Shown: positions 1 through 11,251, counted from the stretch's first letter. The stretch is DNA of 42,650 bases from Planctomycetota bacterium (GCA_036338595.1 JAYZBV010000027.1:1-42650); one strand, 5' to 3'. Translations and numbers: made by a program. Notes: a model not told the origin generated them from the letters alone.

Positions 1-623
1 TTGAAGGTATTGAGCAGATCCACCAGGGTGCCCGCAAACGGTGCTGGGGCCGGCTGGGTCGCGAGAAAGGCCTGGGTCAGGAACGCCAATGTCGGGGTGC
101 TCTGGAACTCGTAAATCCCTGTCAGACCCGTCGGAGTGAAATCAGCCTCGACCGTCAGGCCATTGAGCGGGATTCCACCGACCACGATGGTTCCTGGCCC
201 TGCGACCAGGTGCCCATCGACGAGAGTACCGTCAGGAAAACTGGAAATGGGCTCCCCAGTGCCTGAATCGAATCCTGTGGGGTCAATCACGAACAGATTG
301 GTTCCCGATCCATTATTGGAAGAGTCGCCATCGACATCGAAGCCACCGAATGCGTTGAGCGTGATGTTGTCATCATTTTGGTAGGTCGGATCATCGAGGT
401 CTGCTACCTCCAGAAGAAAAGGAGAAGTGAGCAAACGGGCCGCAAGCAAATCATTCAAACCTGCAGCGATGGTCGGATTCGACCCGAGGATACCTCCGGT
501 CACGACCTCCGAGGTGGCCACGAATCCAGGTCTGGATGTCGTCTGGGCGTTGAGAGTCGCTGGAAGTAGTAAAGAAAAAGTGACCAAAAGAGTGGCAAGA
601 GCGCCCAGGGTTCGCAGTCTCAT
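1..623 (-). CDS. Secreted protein of unknown function, 5' part (runs off the window start)
   Basis: Not in the ORF track because it has no stop in the window. Read by hand: ATG at 623 with AGGAGG SD (628-633), open to the edge. MRLRTLGALATLLVTFSLLLPATLNA|QTTSRPG is a Sec-type signal peptide. The mature part is acidic and G/T-rich, with DVDGDSSNN. Confidence 0.8.
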   Translation of the reverse strand, partial: MRLRTLGALATLLVTFSLLLPATLNAQTTSRPGFVATSEVVTGGILGSNPTIAAGLNDLLAARLLTSPFLLEVADLDDPTYQNDDNITLNAFGGFDVDGDSSNNGSGTNLFVIDPTGFDSGTGEPISSFPDGTLVDGHLVAGPGTIVVGGIPLNGLTVEADFTPTGLTGIYEFQSTPTLAFLTQAFLATQPAPAPFAGTLVDLLNTF

Positions 624-628
624 GTAAC

Positions 629-694
629 CTCCTCAGAAGATTGAACGATAATTATTCATGTTCCGTGTGATCTTCAATCTTCCCGCATGAGGAG
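629..694 (-). promoter_or_regulatory. Leader hairpin sequestering the SD of the 623 gene
   Basis: Nested inverted repeats: ctcctca (629-635)/tgaggag (688-694) and gaagattgaa (636-645)/ttcaatcttc (673-682). In the mRNA, CUCCUCA pairs with UGAGGAG, which contains the SD. Confidence 0.55.
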
Positions 695-741
695 CACTCC
701 CGATAGTCACAAATTTCCCTCCGGGCTTCGATTCCGACCAG

Positions 742-776
742 AAAAATGGCGGTATTCGGGGTCCGAATACCGCCAT
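742..776 (-). terminator. Rho-independent terminator of the atp operon
   Basis: Perfect 14-bp stem ATGGCGGTATTCGG/CCGAATACCGCCAT (746-759/763-776) followed by a T-run on the minus strand, 26 nt after the atpC stop. Confidence 0.85.
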
Positions 777-802
777 AAGTTACTTATTCAAACAAGGTTG
801 TG

Positions 803-1069
803 TCAGGAGGTTTGCTCCAGACCTTCGGCAACGATCGAGACCTGATTCTTGAGTACTTCCATGAACCCGCCGGAGATCTGCCATCTCCGCTCATCCGAGT
901 CGGATATGGCAATCCTCAGCGGCCCCTCTCCCAGGGCAGTGATGAGTGGCGCGTGGCCGGGAAGGATCCCGAGTCGTCCATCGAGAGCATGGGCCTCCAC
1001 GAAGGATGCCTCGCCCTCGAAGATCGCGCCCTCCGGAGAGAGTACCGAGCAGAGTAAAGTGCCGGCCAT
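803..1069 (-). CDS. atpC: ATP synthase F1 epsilon subunit (short, N-terminal beta-sandwich only)
   Basis: VLSPEG, GRLGILPGHAPLIT and ISGGFMEV motifs; last gene of the atp operon; 88 aa. Confidence 0.95.
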   Translation of the reverse strand: MAGTLLCSVLSPEGAIFEGEASFVEAHALDGRLGILPGHAPLITALGEGPLRIAISDSDERRWQISGGFMEVLKNQVSIVAEGLEQTS

Positions 1070-1072
1070 CGG

Positions 1073-2530
<1,458 letters not shown>

Positions 2531-2570
2531 TTATCCGACAGCGTCTGCTCGCCGGAAAATCCAGTTTGAA

Positions 2571-3449
2571 TCAGTTCAACACCTCGGCGCCACCGATCAC
2601 TTCCAGGATCTCCTGTGTGATCGCAGCCTGACGCGTACGGTTGTAGAGCTGAGTGTATTTCGTGGCCATTTCTTCTGCGTTGTCGGTGGCATTCTTCATC
2701 GCCATCCTGCGAGCGATCTGCTCGCTGGCTGCAGCCTCCACCAACGCCTGGAAAAATTGCATCTTCAAGGAGAGCGGCAGAAGCCGCCCAAGTATCAGTT
2801 CCGGACTGGGCTCGAGAATGAACTCTCCCACTGATTCGGAACCGTCTCCATCGGTCTGATCGACCGAGATCGGCAGCAGTTTTCTGAGCACGGGCTCCTG
2901 CCTTGCCGCATTGATGTAGTGGGTGAACACCACCGAAAGGGCGTCGATCTCACCCTTCTCGAAACTCTCCATCACCGGCGAGATGACTTCCTCTGCCTCT
3001 TCGAAAGTCGGACGGTCATCAAAGTGAGTGTATTGTTCGACTGATTCCATCCCCAGGTACTTGAAGCGGCTGATGCCCTTCTTGCCCAGGATATAAACAT
3101 CCGTCTGTACCCCTTCGGCATTTCGCTCTTTGATGTACTTCTCGGCGACCTTGAGAGTATTGCTGTTGTAACCGCCGCACAGTCCTCGATTCGCAGAGAC
3201 GATGAAAACCGCCTCACGGCTCGGTGAATCGACCTGCCTCAGCAGCGGAAAGCTACCGGCAAGACCATCCCCACAACTACCGAGGTCGCGCCGGATCTCG
3301 GCGAGTTTGTCCCCGTATGGTTGTGTCGCCTCGATCCGCCTCTGACAGACCACGGCCTTGGCGGTGGAGATCATCTCCATCGTCCGCGTGATCTTCTTGG
3401 TGTTATTCACCGACCGGATCTTGTTCTTCAACTCTCTCGAGGTAGCCAC
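2571..3449 (-). CDS. atpG: ATP synthase F1 gamma subunit
   Basis: KITRTMEMIS, RGLCGGYN, YNRTRQAAITQEILE. Confidence 0.98.
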   Translation of the reverse strand: MATSRELKNKIRSVNNTKKITRTMEMISTAKAVVCQRRIEATQPYGDKLAEIRRDLGSCGDGLAGSFPLLRQVDSPSREAVFIVSANRGLCGGYNSNTLKVAEKYIKERNAEGVQTDVYILGKKGISRFKYLGMESVEQYTHFDDRPTFEEAEEVISPVMESFEKGEIDALSVVFTHYINAARQEPVLRKLLPISVDQTDGDGSESVGEFILEPSPELILGRLLPLSLKMQFFQALVEAAASEQIARRMAMKNATDNAEEMATKYTQLYNRTRQAAITQEILEVIGGAEVLN

Positions 3450-3466
3450 TGTTACTCCTCGCCTCG

Positions 3467-4990
3467 CTAGCCTTGCGGCAGCTTGGCACTGAAATCCTTG
3501 TTGAAGTCAGAAACAACCGACTCCAGTTTTGCTTCCTGCTCTTCACTCATCTCTCCTGAGGTCTTGATCCCCTCGAGAATCTCGGGGAACTCGTCACGAA
3601 CATGAGTGAGCAGCGTGTCTTCGAAGTCGGCGAGACTGTTGACCGGCAGGTTGTCCAGATGCCCTTTTGATCCGCACCAGATGATCACGACCTGCTCGGC
3701 GATGGGCATCGGCTTGTACTGGGGCTGCTTGAGAATTTCCACCATGCGGAACCCTCGGTCGAGTTGCGCCTGAGTTGCCTTGTCCAGATCGGTACCGAGC
3801 TGGGCAAACGCTTCCAGTTCCCTGAATGCAGAGAGGTCCAGACGCAGCGATCCTGCGATCTTCTTCATCGCCTTGATCTGCGCATTGCCTCCGACTCGAG
3901 AAACCGAAATTCCTACATTCACCGCGGGCCGTTGGCCGGCGAAGAACAGGTTTGGCTCCAGGTAGATCTGACCATCGGTGATCGAGATCACATTGGTCGG
4001 GATGTAGGCCGACACCTCACCCTCTTGCGTCTCGATCACGGGCAGTGCCGTCATCGATCCACCGCCGAGGTCGTCGGACAGTTTTGCGGATCTCTCGAGC
4101 AAACGAGAGTGCAGATAGAAGACGTCTCCAGGGTATGCCTCACGCCCAGGAGGACGGCGAAGCAGCAGAGACAGCTGTCTGTATGCAGCAGCTTGCTTGG
4201 AAAGGTCATCGTATACGCAGAGCGTGTGTTGCCCCTTGTACATGAAGTACTCGGCCATCGCTGCACCTGAATACGGTGCGATGTACTGCAGCGGAGCGGG
4301 GCAGGATGCCGGCGCGCTGACGACGATGGTGTAATCCATCGCACCCTCACGCTCGAGCCTGTCCACCACTCCTGCGATGGTAGAGCCCTTCTGACCAACC
4401 GCCACGTAGACGCAGATCACATCTCCGCCACGCTGGTTGATGATGGTATCGATGGCGATGGCCGTCTTGCCGATTCCGCGGTCACCGATGATCAGCTCCC
4501 GCTGACCTCGACCGATGGGAATCGTCGAATCGATCGCCTTGATACCGCTCTGCAACGGCTCGTGGACCGATTTCCTGTCCGCGATCCCCGGTGCCGGGGA
4601 TTCCACTGGACGGTAATGATCGGTCTTGATCGGGCCTTTCCCGTCGAGAGGATTACCGAGCGGGTCCACGACCCGTCCGAGCAACGCCTCGCCGCAGGGA
4701 ACCTGCATGACGGTTCCGGTCCTCTTGACTTCATCCCCCTCCTTGAGGGTGGCGAACTCTCCGAGAATCACGGCTCCAATTGAATTTTCCTCCAGGTTGA
4801 ATGCGAGACCGTTTGCACCGTTGGAAAAGGACAGCATCTCTCCTGCCATGCAGTTAGAGATGCCGTAGATCCTGGCGATACCGTCTCCCACCTCGAGGAT
4901 GGTTCCGACCTCGTCTACTGCGAGGTCAGCCTGGTAATTTTCAATCTCCTTCTTGAGAACAGAGGAGATCTCGTCGGCATTAATTTTCAT
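3467..4990 (-). CDS. atpA: ATP synthase F1 alpha subunit
   Basis: [46 protein letters not shown]. Confidence 0.99.
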   Translation of the reverse strand: MKINADEISSVLKKEIENYQADLAVDEVGTILEVGDGIARIYGISNCMAGEMLSFSNGANGLAFNLEENSIGAVILGEFATLKEGDEVKRTGTVMQVPCGEALLGRVVDPLGNPLDGKGPIKTDHYRPVESPAPGIADRKSVHEPLQSGIKAIDSTIPIGRGQRELIIGDRGIGKTAIAIDTIINQRGGDVICVYVAVGQKGSTIAGVVDRLEREGAMDYTIVVSAPASCPAPLQYIAPYSGAAMAEYFMYKGQHTLCVYDDLSKQAAAYRQLSLLLRRPPGREAYPGDVFYLHSRLLERSAKLSDDLGGGSMTALPVIETQEGEVSAYIPTNVISITDGQIYLEPNLFFAGQRPAVNVGISVSRVGGNAQIKAMKKIAGSLRLDLSAFRELEAFAQLGTDLDKATQAQLDRGFRMVEILKQPQYKPMPIAEQVVIIWCGSKGHLDNLPVNSLADFEDTLLTHVRDEFPEILEGIKTSGEMSEEQEAKLESVVSDFNKDFSAKLPQG

Positions 4991-5564
4991 CGATCAGGTC
5001 TTTCCCGAATCGAGTAAGTGACACTTCTTGACGGACCTTCCGCAATTGGGTGCGAAGGCTACCGTCGACAACCAAATCACCGATCTGGATCGTCAATCCA
5101 GACAGGAGGCCAGCGTCGACCTTTTCGGTCGCGATCACCTCCTTGTTCAACTTCTTCGTCATCGCTCCAGTCAAAGCATCGCGCACTTCCGTGGGTAACT
5201 TTGCAGCAGATGTGATCTCCGCATTGACCCTTCCTGCCGCCTCATCGAGCTGGTCCCGGTACGCCTGTGCAATGTCGTCGACCAGGGTCTGGCGGTTCCG
5301 ATCGATCAGCACTCGTACGAGGTTCAGCACCGGATCAGCGACCTTCCCCTTGAGGGCCTTCTCTAGCGTTTCCTTCTTGTCACCGCGCCGGATCTTGGGG
5401 CTCTCGAGAAACACCCTGAATTGCGGGTCTGACTCGATCGCATCCGACAACGCCTCCAGTTGCTGACCGTACAGTTCAGCCTCGTCTCTGGCAGAACCGA
5501 CCTCGAGGAGCGCATGAGCATATGCCTGCGCTACCGGATGCCGCTGCTTGATTCCAACTGCCAC
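4980..5564 (-). CDS. atpH: ATP synthase F1 delta subunit
   Basis: [12 protein letters not shown]-terminus, [15 protein letters not shown]-terminus; lies between atpF and atpA. Confidence 0.95.
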   Translation of the reverse strand: MAVGIKQRHPVAQAYAHALLEVGSARDEAELYGQQLEALSDAIESDPQFRVFLESPKIRRGDKKETLEKALKGKVADPVLNLVRVLIDRNRQTLVDDIAQAYRDQLDEAAGRVNAEITSAAKLPTEVRDALTGAMTKKLNKEVIATEKVDAGLLSGLTIQIGDLVVDGSLRTQLRKVRQEVSLTRFGKDLIDEN

Positions 5565-5572
5565 CGTGCCCC

Positions 5573-6175
5573 CTAGCCGATCTTCTCGTACTCGGAGATG
5601 GTCTCCCTGGCGATTCGATCGTGATCATCGCTGGTCACCGAATGCCCGATCAGTTTCTCCGAAATCGAGATCGAAAGATCGACAGCACGATGATGGATCT
5701 CATCGACTGCCTTTTCCTTGGCCTGATCAATTTCTGCCAGAGCCTTGGTCTTGATCTCTTCCGCCTGCGTCCGCGCATCGGAGACGACTTGATCTCGTAC
5801 GACCTCAGCATCCCGCTTGCCCTCAGCAACGATGGCACTCGCCTCTTTCCGCGCTTCGGCGAGCACCTTTTCCTGCTCCACCTGGAACGCCTGCTGCTCC
5901 TCGCGCATTCGATCGGCTGCCCCAAGAGACTCGCGGATCTTACTCTCGCGCTCATCCAGTGCAGTGACGATCGGACCCCATGCCTTTTTCTGCAGGATCA
6001 GGAACGCAAGAAGGAACACCACCACCGTATAGATGAAGATCTCGGTCTCCTGAGTGAGCAATCCCTTGCCAGATCCAGCGGCCTCGTCAGCCGCCAACAA
6101 CTGACCCGAAAGCATCAGTACGGTAGAGGGGATCAGGACAAGCAATGCGATGGCCAGTCTTGAAATACTGAACAT
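5573..6175 (-). CDS. atpF: ATP synthase Fo subunit b, with a signal-peptide-like N-terminal extension
   Basis: TM helix, KKAWGPIVTALDERE, then a long coiled coil. Start taken as ATG 6175, 1 nt after the atpE stop; the ORF-track start at 6199 overlaps atpE. Confidence 0.93.
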   Translation of the reverse strand: MFSISRLAIALLVLIPSTVLMLSGQLLAADEAAGSGKGLLTQETEIFIYTVVVFLLAFLILQKKAWGPIVTALDERESKIRESLGAADRMREEQQAFQVEQEKVLAEARKEASAIVAEGKRDAEVVRDQVVSDARTQAEEIKTKALAEIDQAKEKAVDEIHHRAVDLSISISEKLIGHSVTSDDHDRIARETISEYEKIG

Positions 6176-6176
6176 C

Positions 6177-6470
6177 CTAGCCACCGGTCGCCATTCCACT
6201 GATGGTGTTGTAGATCAGGAAGCAGATCACCACGACGAACAAGGCGACTCCCTCGACAAGCGCGGCGGTCAACAGCATCGTTCCGCGAACATCACCAGCA
6301 GCTTCCGGTTGACGAGCAATCGCCTCGCAAGCCGAACCGCCGATTCCGCCGATTCCGATTCCTGCGCCAACTGCAGCCAATCCGGCGCCGATCCCGGCTC
6401 CCATGATGCCGTTGGAAACAAAACTGCTATCAACAGCCGCCAACGTCAGAAGCTCCATGAGCATTTCCAT
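6177..6470 (-). CDS. atpE: ATP synthase Fo subunit c (H+-type)
   Basis: GxGxGxG repeats, ARQPE loop, ion-carrying Glu in LVEGVALF. Start ATG 6470 with AAAGGGA SD; the 217-aa ORF is over-extended into atpB. Confidence 0.96.
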   Translation of the reverse strand: MEMLMELLTLAAVDSSFVSNGIMGAGIGAGLAAVGAGIGIGGIGGSACEAIARQPEAAGDVRGTMLLTAALVEGVALFVVVICFLIYNTISGMATGG

Positions 6471-6529
6471 TGCATTCCCTTTCAAATGCCCGCCTCCAGG
6501 CGGGTCTCCGTTTCCACGCCCCGCAGGGC

Positions 6530-7306
6530 CTAGTGTTCTGGATGTATCGCTAACGACAGGAACACTGTCGTCAAAAACGCAAAAATGTAGGCCTGGAGGG
6601 CGGCCACCAGCAATTCCAGGAACATCAGCAGCACACAGCTGACGACTGAGATCACGGTGATGGTCGTACCCAGGATAAAACTCTCGGCAGTCAGGATCCC
6701 GGTAAAGCCCAGAATCACGGCTAGCATCATGTGACCACCTACCATGTTGGCAAATAGTCGGATGGCCAGTGCGCAAGGCTTGATGATCTGACTGAGGATT
6801 TCGATTGGAATCATCATCCACCACAACCACCAGGGCCCCACCAGTAGACTGGCCTTGACGTACTTGATCAGCCCATTGCGCTTGATCCCGACCCCGTGGT
6901 AGGTGACCAGCGCAATCGCCGCCAGACCCGCAGTAACATTGACATTACCAGTGGCCGTAGCGGCACCGGGGATCAAGCCCAACAGGTTGCAAAACAGCAC
7001 GAAGAAGAAGAAGGTCCAGATCAGCGGGATGAACTTGCGCGTGTCCTTACCCAGAAATGGCTCGGCCATTTCGTCCCGGATGTAGATCAGCACGACTTCA
7101 AAAAACCCGGCAAATCGACCGCTGGGAACTCCGCCAGCCATTCTCCCTGCCACCATCGGAAACACGAGTACGCACAGGACAGCAGCAAGCATCAGGTACA
7201 GGACATGTTTGGTGATCAGCAGATTTTCGGTAAGCCAGGTCAGATCGCTATTGAGCACATGCGTGAGAGGATCACTGCTAGCGAGAGTCACCAGGATCCC
7301 GGTCAT
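6530..7306 (-). CDS. atpB: ATP synthase Fo subunit a
   Basis: NLLGLIP, ALAIRLFANM (essential Arg), LQAYIF. Confidence 0.97.
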   Translation of the reverse strand: MTGILVTLASSDPLTHVLNSDLTWLTENLLITKHVLYLMLAAVLCVLVFPMVAGRMAGGVPSGRFAGFFEVVLIYIRDEMAEPFLGKDTRKFIPLIWTFFFFVLFCNLLGLIPGAATATGNVNVTAGLAAIALVTYHGVGIKRNGLIKYVKASLLVGPWWLWWMMIPIEILSQIIKPCALAIRLFANMVGGHMMLAVILGFTGILTAESFILGTTITVISVVSCVLLMFLELLVAALQAYIFAFLTTVFLSLAIHPEH

Positions 7307-7788
7307 CTACCTGCCTCTTTCTGCGCTTCCTCGGAGTTCCCTGTAGCCAGGGACTCGTTGCTCGCCGATTTCGATGGCTGTACAGGCTGCACAACCCTTG
7401 CCAGTTGCCCCGTCTTCAGTGCCTGACTCAGCGTAAAAACTTCCACTGCCAGTACCAACATGTACAGGACCGTCGTCGTCAACAACGCTCTCCGGCTCCA
7501 CTGGGCTCCAGCAAGGCCATGAACAAGGCCCATGCTCGCGAATAACACCAGCGCTCGTTGCAATACACCCGTCAGCAAATGACCCGTCATCTTGTGAGGA
7601 TCGCATGTCAAGATCGTTCGCATGCTTCGAAACCCGAGGGCTCCCAGTCCAACAGACCAGAGAACTCCCCAGGCCAGGCACAACAATCCATCCTGGCCCC
7701 ACTGCTCACGAACAAAAAACATCGCGAGGCCACCTGCAATCAGAACCACGCCACAACTTCGAGAAAAAAACGTCTGAAAAAGGCTCAT
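7303..7788 (-). CDS. AtpI-like 4-TM membrane protein
   Basis: Four hydrophobic segments; ATGA-coupled to both neighbours; directly upstream of atpB. Confidence 0.7.
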   Translation of the reverse strand: MSLFQTFFSRSCGVVLIAGGLAMFFVREQWGQDGLLCLAWGVLWSVGLGALGFRSMRTILTCDPHKMTGHLLTGVLQRALVLFASMGLVHGLAGAQWSRRALLTTTVLYMLVLAVEVFTLSQALKTGQLARVVQPVQPSKSASNESLATGNSEEAQKEAGR

Positions 7789-8102
7789 TCGATCGCCTCT
7801 TCTGAATCGTCCTTCTCCGATGCGGACGTCTCTCCTGACGCTGACTTGTTTCCCGAGGGCCGATCATCCCTGCCTTCATGCAACATGATCTTCACCATCG
7901 CAACAAGTCCTAGCACAACACCACCCAGTGTTCCCCAGGGTATGGCTCCGATCCCGCGATCTAGCCAGTCATCTAGCCACGCGCCGCCCATGGCGAGCAC
8001 GACGAAGGTGATGACAACCTGGAACCCCAGAGTCGAAAAGCGGACGTAAGCCGCTCTTTTCGCCGGGTCATCTTCGGGTTCAGAATCCGAGCTGCTACTC
8101 AT
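7785..8102 (-). CDS. AtpZ/AtpI family (ATPase gene 1) 2-TM protein
   Basis: GAWLDDWL...PWGTLGGVVLG pattern. Start ATG 8102 with GGAG/GGTGAG upstream; the ORF-track start at 8180 lies inside the promoter. Confidence 0.8.
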   Translation of the reverse strand: MSSSSDSEPEDDPAKRAAYVRFSTLGFQVVITFVVLAMGGAWLDDWLDRGIGAIPWGTLGGVVLGLVAMVKIMLHEGRDDRPSGNKSASGETSASEKDDSEEAIE

Positions 8103-8170
8103 CTCACCACTCCCGATCGGCTCCTTGGGGATGATCTGGAATCCAGTGATCGACCTCGCAGCAAGTGCGG

Positions 8171-8199
8171 AATGTAGCAACGCCCCAGAATCAGGTCAA
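8171..8199 (-). promoter_or_regulatory. Sigma70-type promoter of the atp operon
   Basis: TTGACC (8199-8194), 17-nt spacer, TACATT (8176-8171), with an extended -10 TG. Confidence 0.7.
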
Positions 8200-8272
8200 G
8201 GAAATCGGGCAAGGTCGAAACGGCAGAATTCGGCCTACTGGAGGCTACCAGAAGCGTTTCCCACCATCGATG

Positions 8273-11146
8273 TCAGTGATCTTCACCGAGTGCATCCAGC
8301 ACCTGTCGCGGTCGCACTGCTGCGGGCACCAGACGGAGGGCTCGGCGTGCCATCTTTCCTGCCTCCTCCTCCTCTCCCAGCTTCCATAACGCCCAGGAGA
8401 GATCGGGATAGATCTCCTCCAGTGGTGGCTTTTGAGCTGCTAACCGAGCCTTCAGTTCCCTCTTCGCCTTGCCCCATGCTTCGATGTGCATGTAGGCCCG
8501 GCCGAGAATGGCGTGCCCCTCATCGCCGTAGGGATAGATGAAGGGGAGATCCCATGCAGCATCCACCACGCCTTCCCAGTCACTCTCTTTCTCGAGCCGC
8601 TGTGCCAGGGCAAGTCTTGTCGGTGCATCATCTCGATCATTCTTGACCTGGGACTTGAGTGAAACCAACGCTTCCTTCTCGAATCCTAGATCCTCCTGGA
8701 TCGTCGCCAGTTCGAGCCAGGGACTTCGTCCCCCGACTGGCGATTCTGTCGATCGGGAAGCGATGCTGGTGGCTGCCAGGTAATGCTCCATCGCTTCCTG
8801 GCTTTCGCCGCGCTGCCGCAGTTGCTGCGCCAGCAAGAGATGACTCCGATAGATCCAGATGGATCCTCCAGCGATCGCTTTCCTGAGCGAATCGATGGCG
8901 CTATCGATCTTGCCGTCCTTCAACTGGATCCAGCTCTTCAGCGCCATCAGGTCCGCGTGCTGATCATCGATCTTGATCGCCTTCCCCATCGCCAGCTCGG
9001 CATCCGCCTGACGACCTGCACCCAGATATGCAGCAGCCAGCCACGCCCAGGCTCTGGCGTCATCCTCTTTCTGCTCTGCTACTTCTCTGAGATGGTCGAT
9101 GTGGCGAGCCTGAAAACTGGGACCGACACCACTGGCTTTGATCCACTCCTCGAACCAACTGGTCATGTCAGCATCGAAAGCAGCGGTGGATTGCCCCGTC
9201 ACCTGCTGGATCACCTGAGGGGTTGTCTTTCCTCCGGAATACGCGGATAACATCTGCCGGATGGCACCGAGGCCGTGCTTTTCGACGATCATCTCGCAGA
9301 TCAGCCCACTCTGCACATATCCAACCATGATCTCACCGCGCCACCTGGGATTCATGAACGCTCCCTGAAGATCATCGATTCCTCGTAATGCTCCGCCGTG
9401 AAACTCTGACGACATCAACAGTGGCTCATAGCGTCTCCATCTGGATTGAGTGCGACCCTCTTCAAGAACCGAGATTCCTTCGCCAAACCAACGGGGGATG
9501 CGATGTAACGCCTTCTGTAGTGTCGCCACATGAGCGAACTCGTGCACAGCAACCGCACCCCAGTTTCCAGGAATCGCATGAGGAGTGGTCAGTGTCACCA
9601 GCCGCCCGAAGCAAACACCACTGGCAGCGAGACCGGGCAAGCCGATGGAACGAGCAGAAAAGTAAGCGTGATCCGAGAAATCCTCGACCGTCAGTGGCCT
9701 GGCTATTGCTGTCTCGTAATCTTTTTCCAGCATTGCACGCGCTTCGAGCAAGAGCGGTAAAATGTACGGCATCAACCATGGTTCTTCGTCGAGTGGCATC
9801 CGGATGACAAGGCCATCCTCTTCCCTGGTCGCAAACTTCTCATCGATGTGCGACATCAGAGTCCGCGTGTTCTTCACCCAGACATTGAACTTGTCTCGAA
9901 GCCACGCATCCTCAAGCGCAGTTCTTCCCTCTTCCTCGAGTCCGCTCCGAAGTGCATTGATGGCGAATATTGCGTAGCTCCTTGGTAATCCAGGATCCAG
10001 TTCCATCGCCTTCCGTGCATGATCTGCGGATTCTCTGTAGAAAAATCGATCTACCAGCCTCTCGGCAAGAGTCACATGAAACACTGCAGCGGCGGGGTGC
10101 CCCTCCTCTACGCTGCTTTGAAGCTGCTCGAACTCCTCGATCCGGGCAGTCGACCACATCACCGATGCGAGCAATCCCTGTGCCACCTGGTGGCCAGGAT
10201 CGACCTTGAGGACCTGGCGATAATGGGACTCCGCCTGTTCCCAGTTTTCCGCTGCAAACCTGATATCCCCCTGCAACACGAGCAGTTCAGGATATTGCTT
10301 CGAGACAGCGCGAGCCCGATCGATCAGGTCTGCCACCTCCTTACCGCGATCTCCTGGGAATCTGAAATCGGACCATGTCGAACGAGCCAGGCCGACCAGC
10401 GCCTCGACACTTCGAGGATTGGTCTGGATCGCATCGCGGAAGTGGCTACGAGAGTCTGGGTAGTTGTACTTGCTGTGAAGTGCCTTCCCACTGGCGACAT
10501 GAGCCGCCACGGAGCTCTTGTTGATGTACAGAGCGCTGTCGTACATCACTTCGTAGGCGTCACGAAATTTATTGAGACCCTCACATGCGTTGCCGAACCA
10601 GACGAATTGCTCGGGAGAAAGTCGTTGTGCATCTTCGCGTGACATCGCCTTGTAAATATCGATGGCGATGCGAAGTCGCTTTTCACCTGCTGGTCGCTTT
10701 CCCTGGTCTATCTTCACCAATCCGAGCATGCAATTCGCTTTGATGTGCTGCGACGAGGATGCCAACGCCTTCCTCAGATAACGTTCTGCCGCATCGTCAT
10801 TTCCTCGATCTCGCTCCAACTGTGCCGCATCCGCCAACAGATCTGGATCATCCATCTTGAAGCGAGGATGAGTCAGCAAGGACTTAAAAGCCTGATCTGG
10901 CCTACCCGTCTCGCGATACAGCCGAGCTTCCAGTAACGGGAACACTCCCGCTTCTTCCTCCACCCAGTCGGTCGCTTCCTGATACTGACCCGTTTCTATC
11001 AGATGCCGGAGTTCTTCTCGTTCATCGATATCCGATGAAGCAGATGTCGCATTTGCAGTCAGCAACACGACGAGAGTGATGGTGGATCGAAACATCATCA
11101 GAATATCTACTCCTGGCAACGGGGTTGTCTGGGTCAAGTTCTCCAC
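8273..11146 (-). CDS. Exported TPR-repeat protein with a central peptidase MA-like (HEXXH) domain
   Basis: Signal-like segment (ITLVVLLTANATSA), helical TPR-like repeats on both sides, HEFAH-x16-E (IPRWFGEGIS). The start may be ATG 11098. Confidence 0.8.
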   Translation of the reverse strand: MENLTQTTPLPGVDILMMFRSTITLVVLLTANATSASSDIDEREELRHLIETGQYQEATDWVEEEAGVFPLLEARLYRETGRPDQAFKSLLTHPRFKMDDPDLLADAAQLERDRGNDDAAERYLRKALASSSQHIKANCMLGLVKIDQGKRPAGEKRLRIAIDIYKAMSREDAQRLSPEQFVWFGNACEGLNKFRDAYEVMYDSALYINKSSVAAHVASGKALHSKYNYPDSRSHFRDAIQTNPRSVEALVGLARSTWSDFRFPGDRGKEVADLIDRARAVSKQYPELLVLQGDIRFAAENWEQAESHYRQVLKVDPGHQVAQGLLASVMWSTARIEEFEQLQSSVEEGHPAAAVFHVTLAERLVDRFFYRESADHARKAMELDPGLPRSYAIFAINALRSGLEEEGRTALEDAWLRDKFNVWVKNTRTLMSHIDEKFATREEDGLVIRMPLDEEPWLMPYILPLLLEARAMLEKDYETAIARPLTVEDFSDHAYFSARSIGLPGLAASGVCFGRLVTLTTPHAIPGNWGAVAVHEFAHVATLQKALHRIPRWFGEGISVLEEGRTQSRWRRYEPLLMSSEFHGGALRGIDDLQGAFMNPRWRGEIMVGYVQSGLICEMIVEKHGLGAIRQMLSAYSGGKTTPQVIQQVTGQSTAAFDADMTSWFEEWIKASGVGPSFQARHIDHLREVAEQKEDDARAWAWLAAAYLGAGRQADAELAMGKAIKIDDQHADLMALKSWIQLKDGKIDSAIDSLRKAIAGGSIWIYRSHLLLAQQLRQRGESQEAMEHYLAATSIASRSTESPVGGRSPWLELATIQEDLGFEKEALVSLKSQVKNDRDDAPTRLALAQRLEKESDWEGVVDAAWDLPFIYPYGDEGHAILGRAYMHIEAWGKAKRELKARLAAQKPPLEEIYPDLSWALWKLGEEEEAGKMARRALRLVPAAVRPRQVLDALGEDH

Positions 11147-11221
11147 ATCCTACACCAGGTGCCCCTCAAGGGCAGTATTACGCCGCTGCCTCCTGCTCCC
11201 GGGCTCCCTGGCGTGGCTGAT

Positions 11222-11251
11222 TTGTCGTCATCCGCCTCACCATCCTAGACT
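11222..11251 (+). promoter_or_regulatory. Putative sigma70 promoter of clpC
   Basis: TTGTCG, 18-nt spacer, TAGACT, upstream of the AGGAGGGAG SD (11288-11296). Confidence 0.4.

Noticed and set aside
692..720. CIRCE-like AGCACTC
   Set aside because: Only a partial left arm; no GAGTGCTAA arm 9 nt later.
6471..6830. 217-aa 'giant' subunit c
   Set aside because: The extension overlaps atpB out of frame; ATG 6470 has its own SD.
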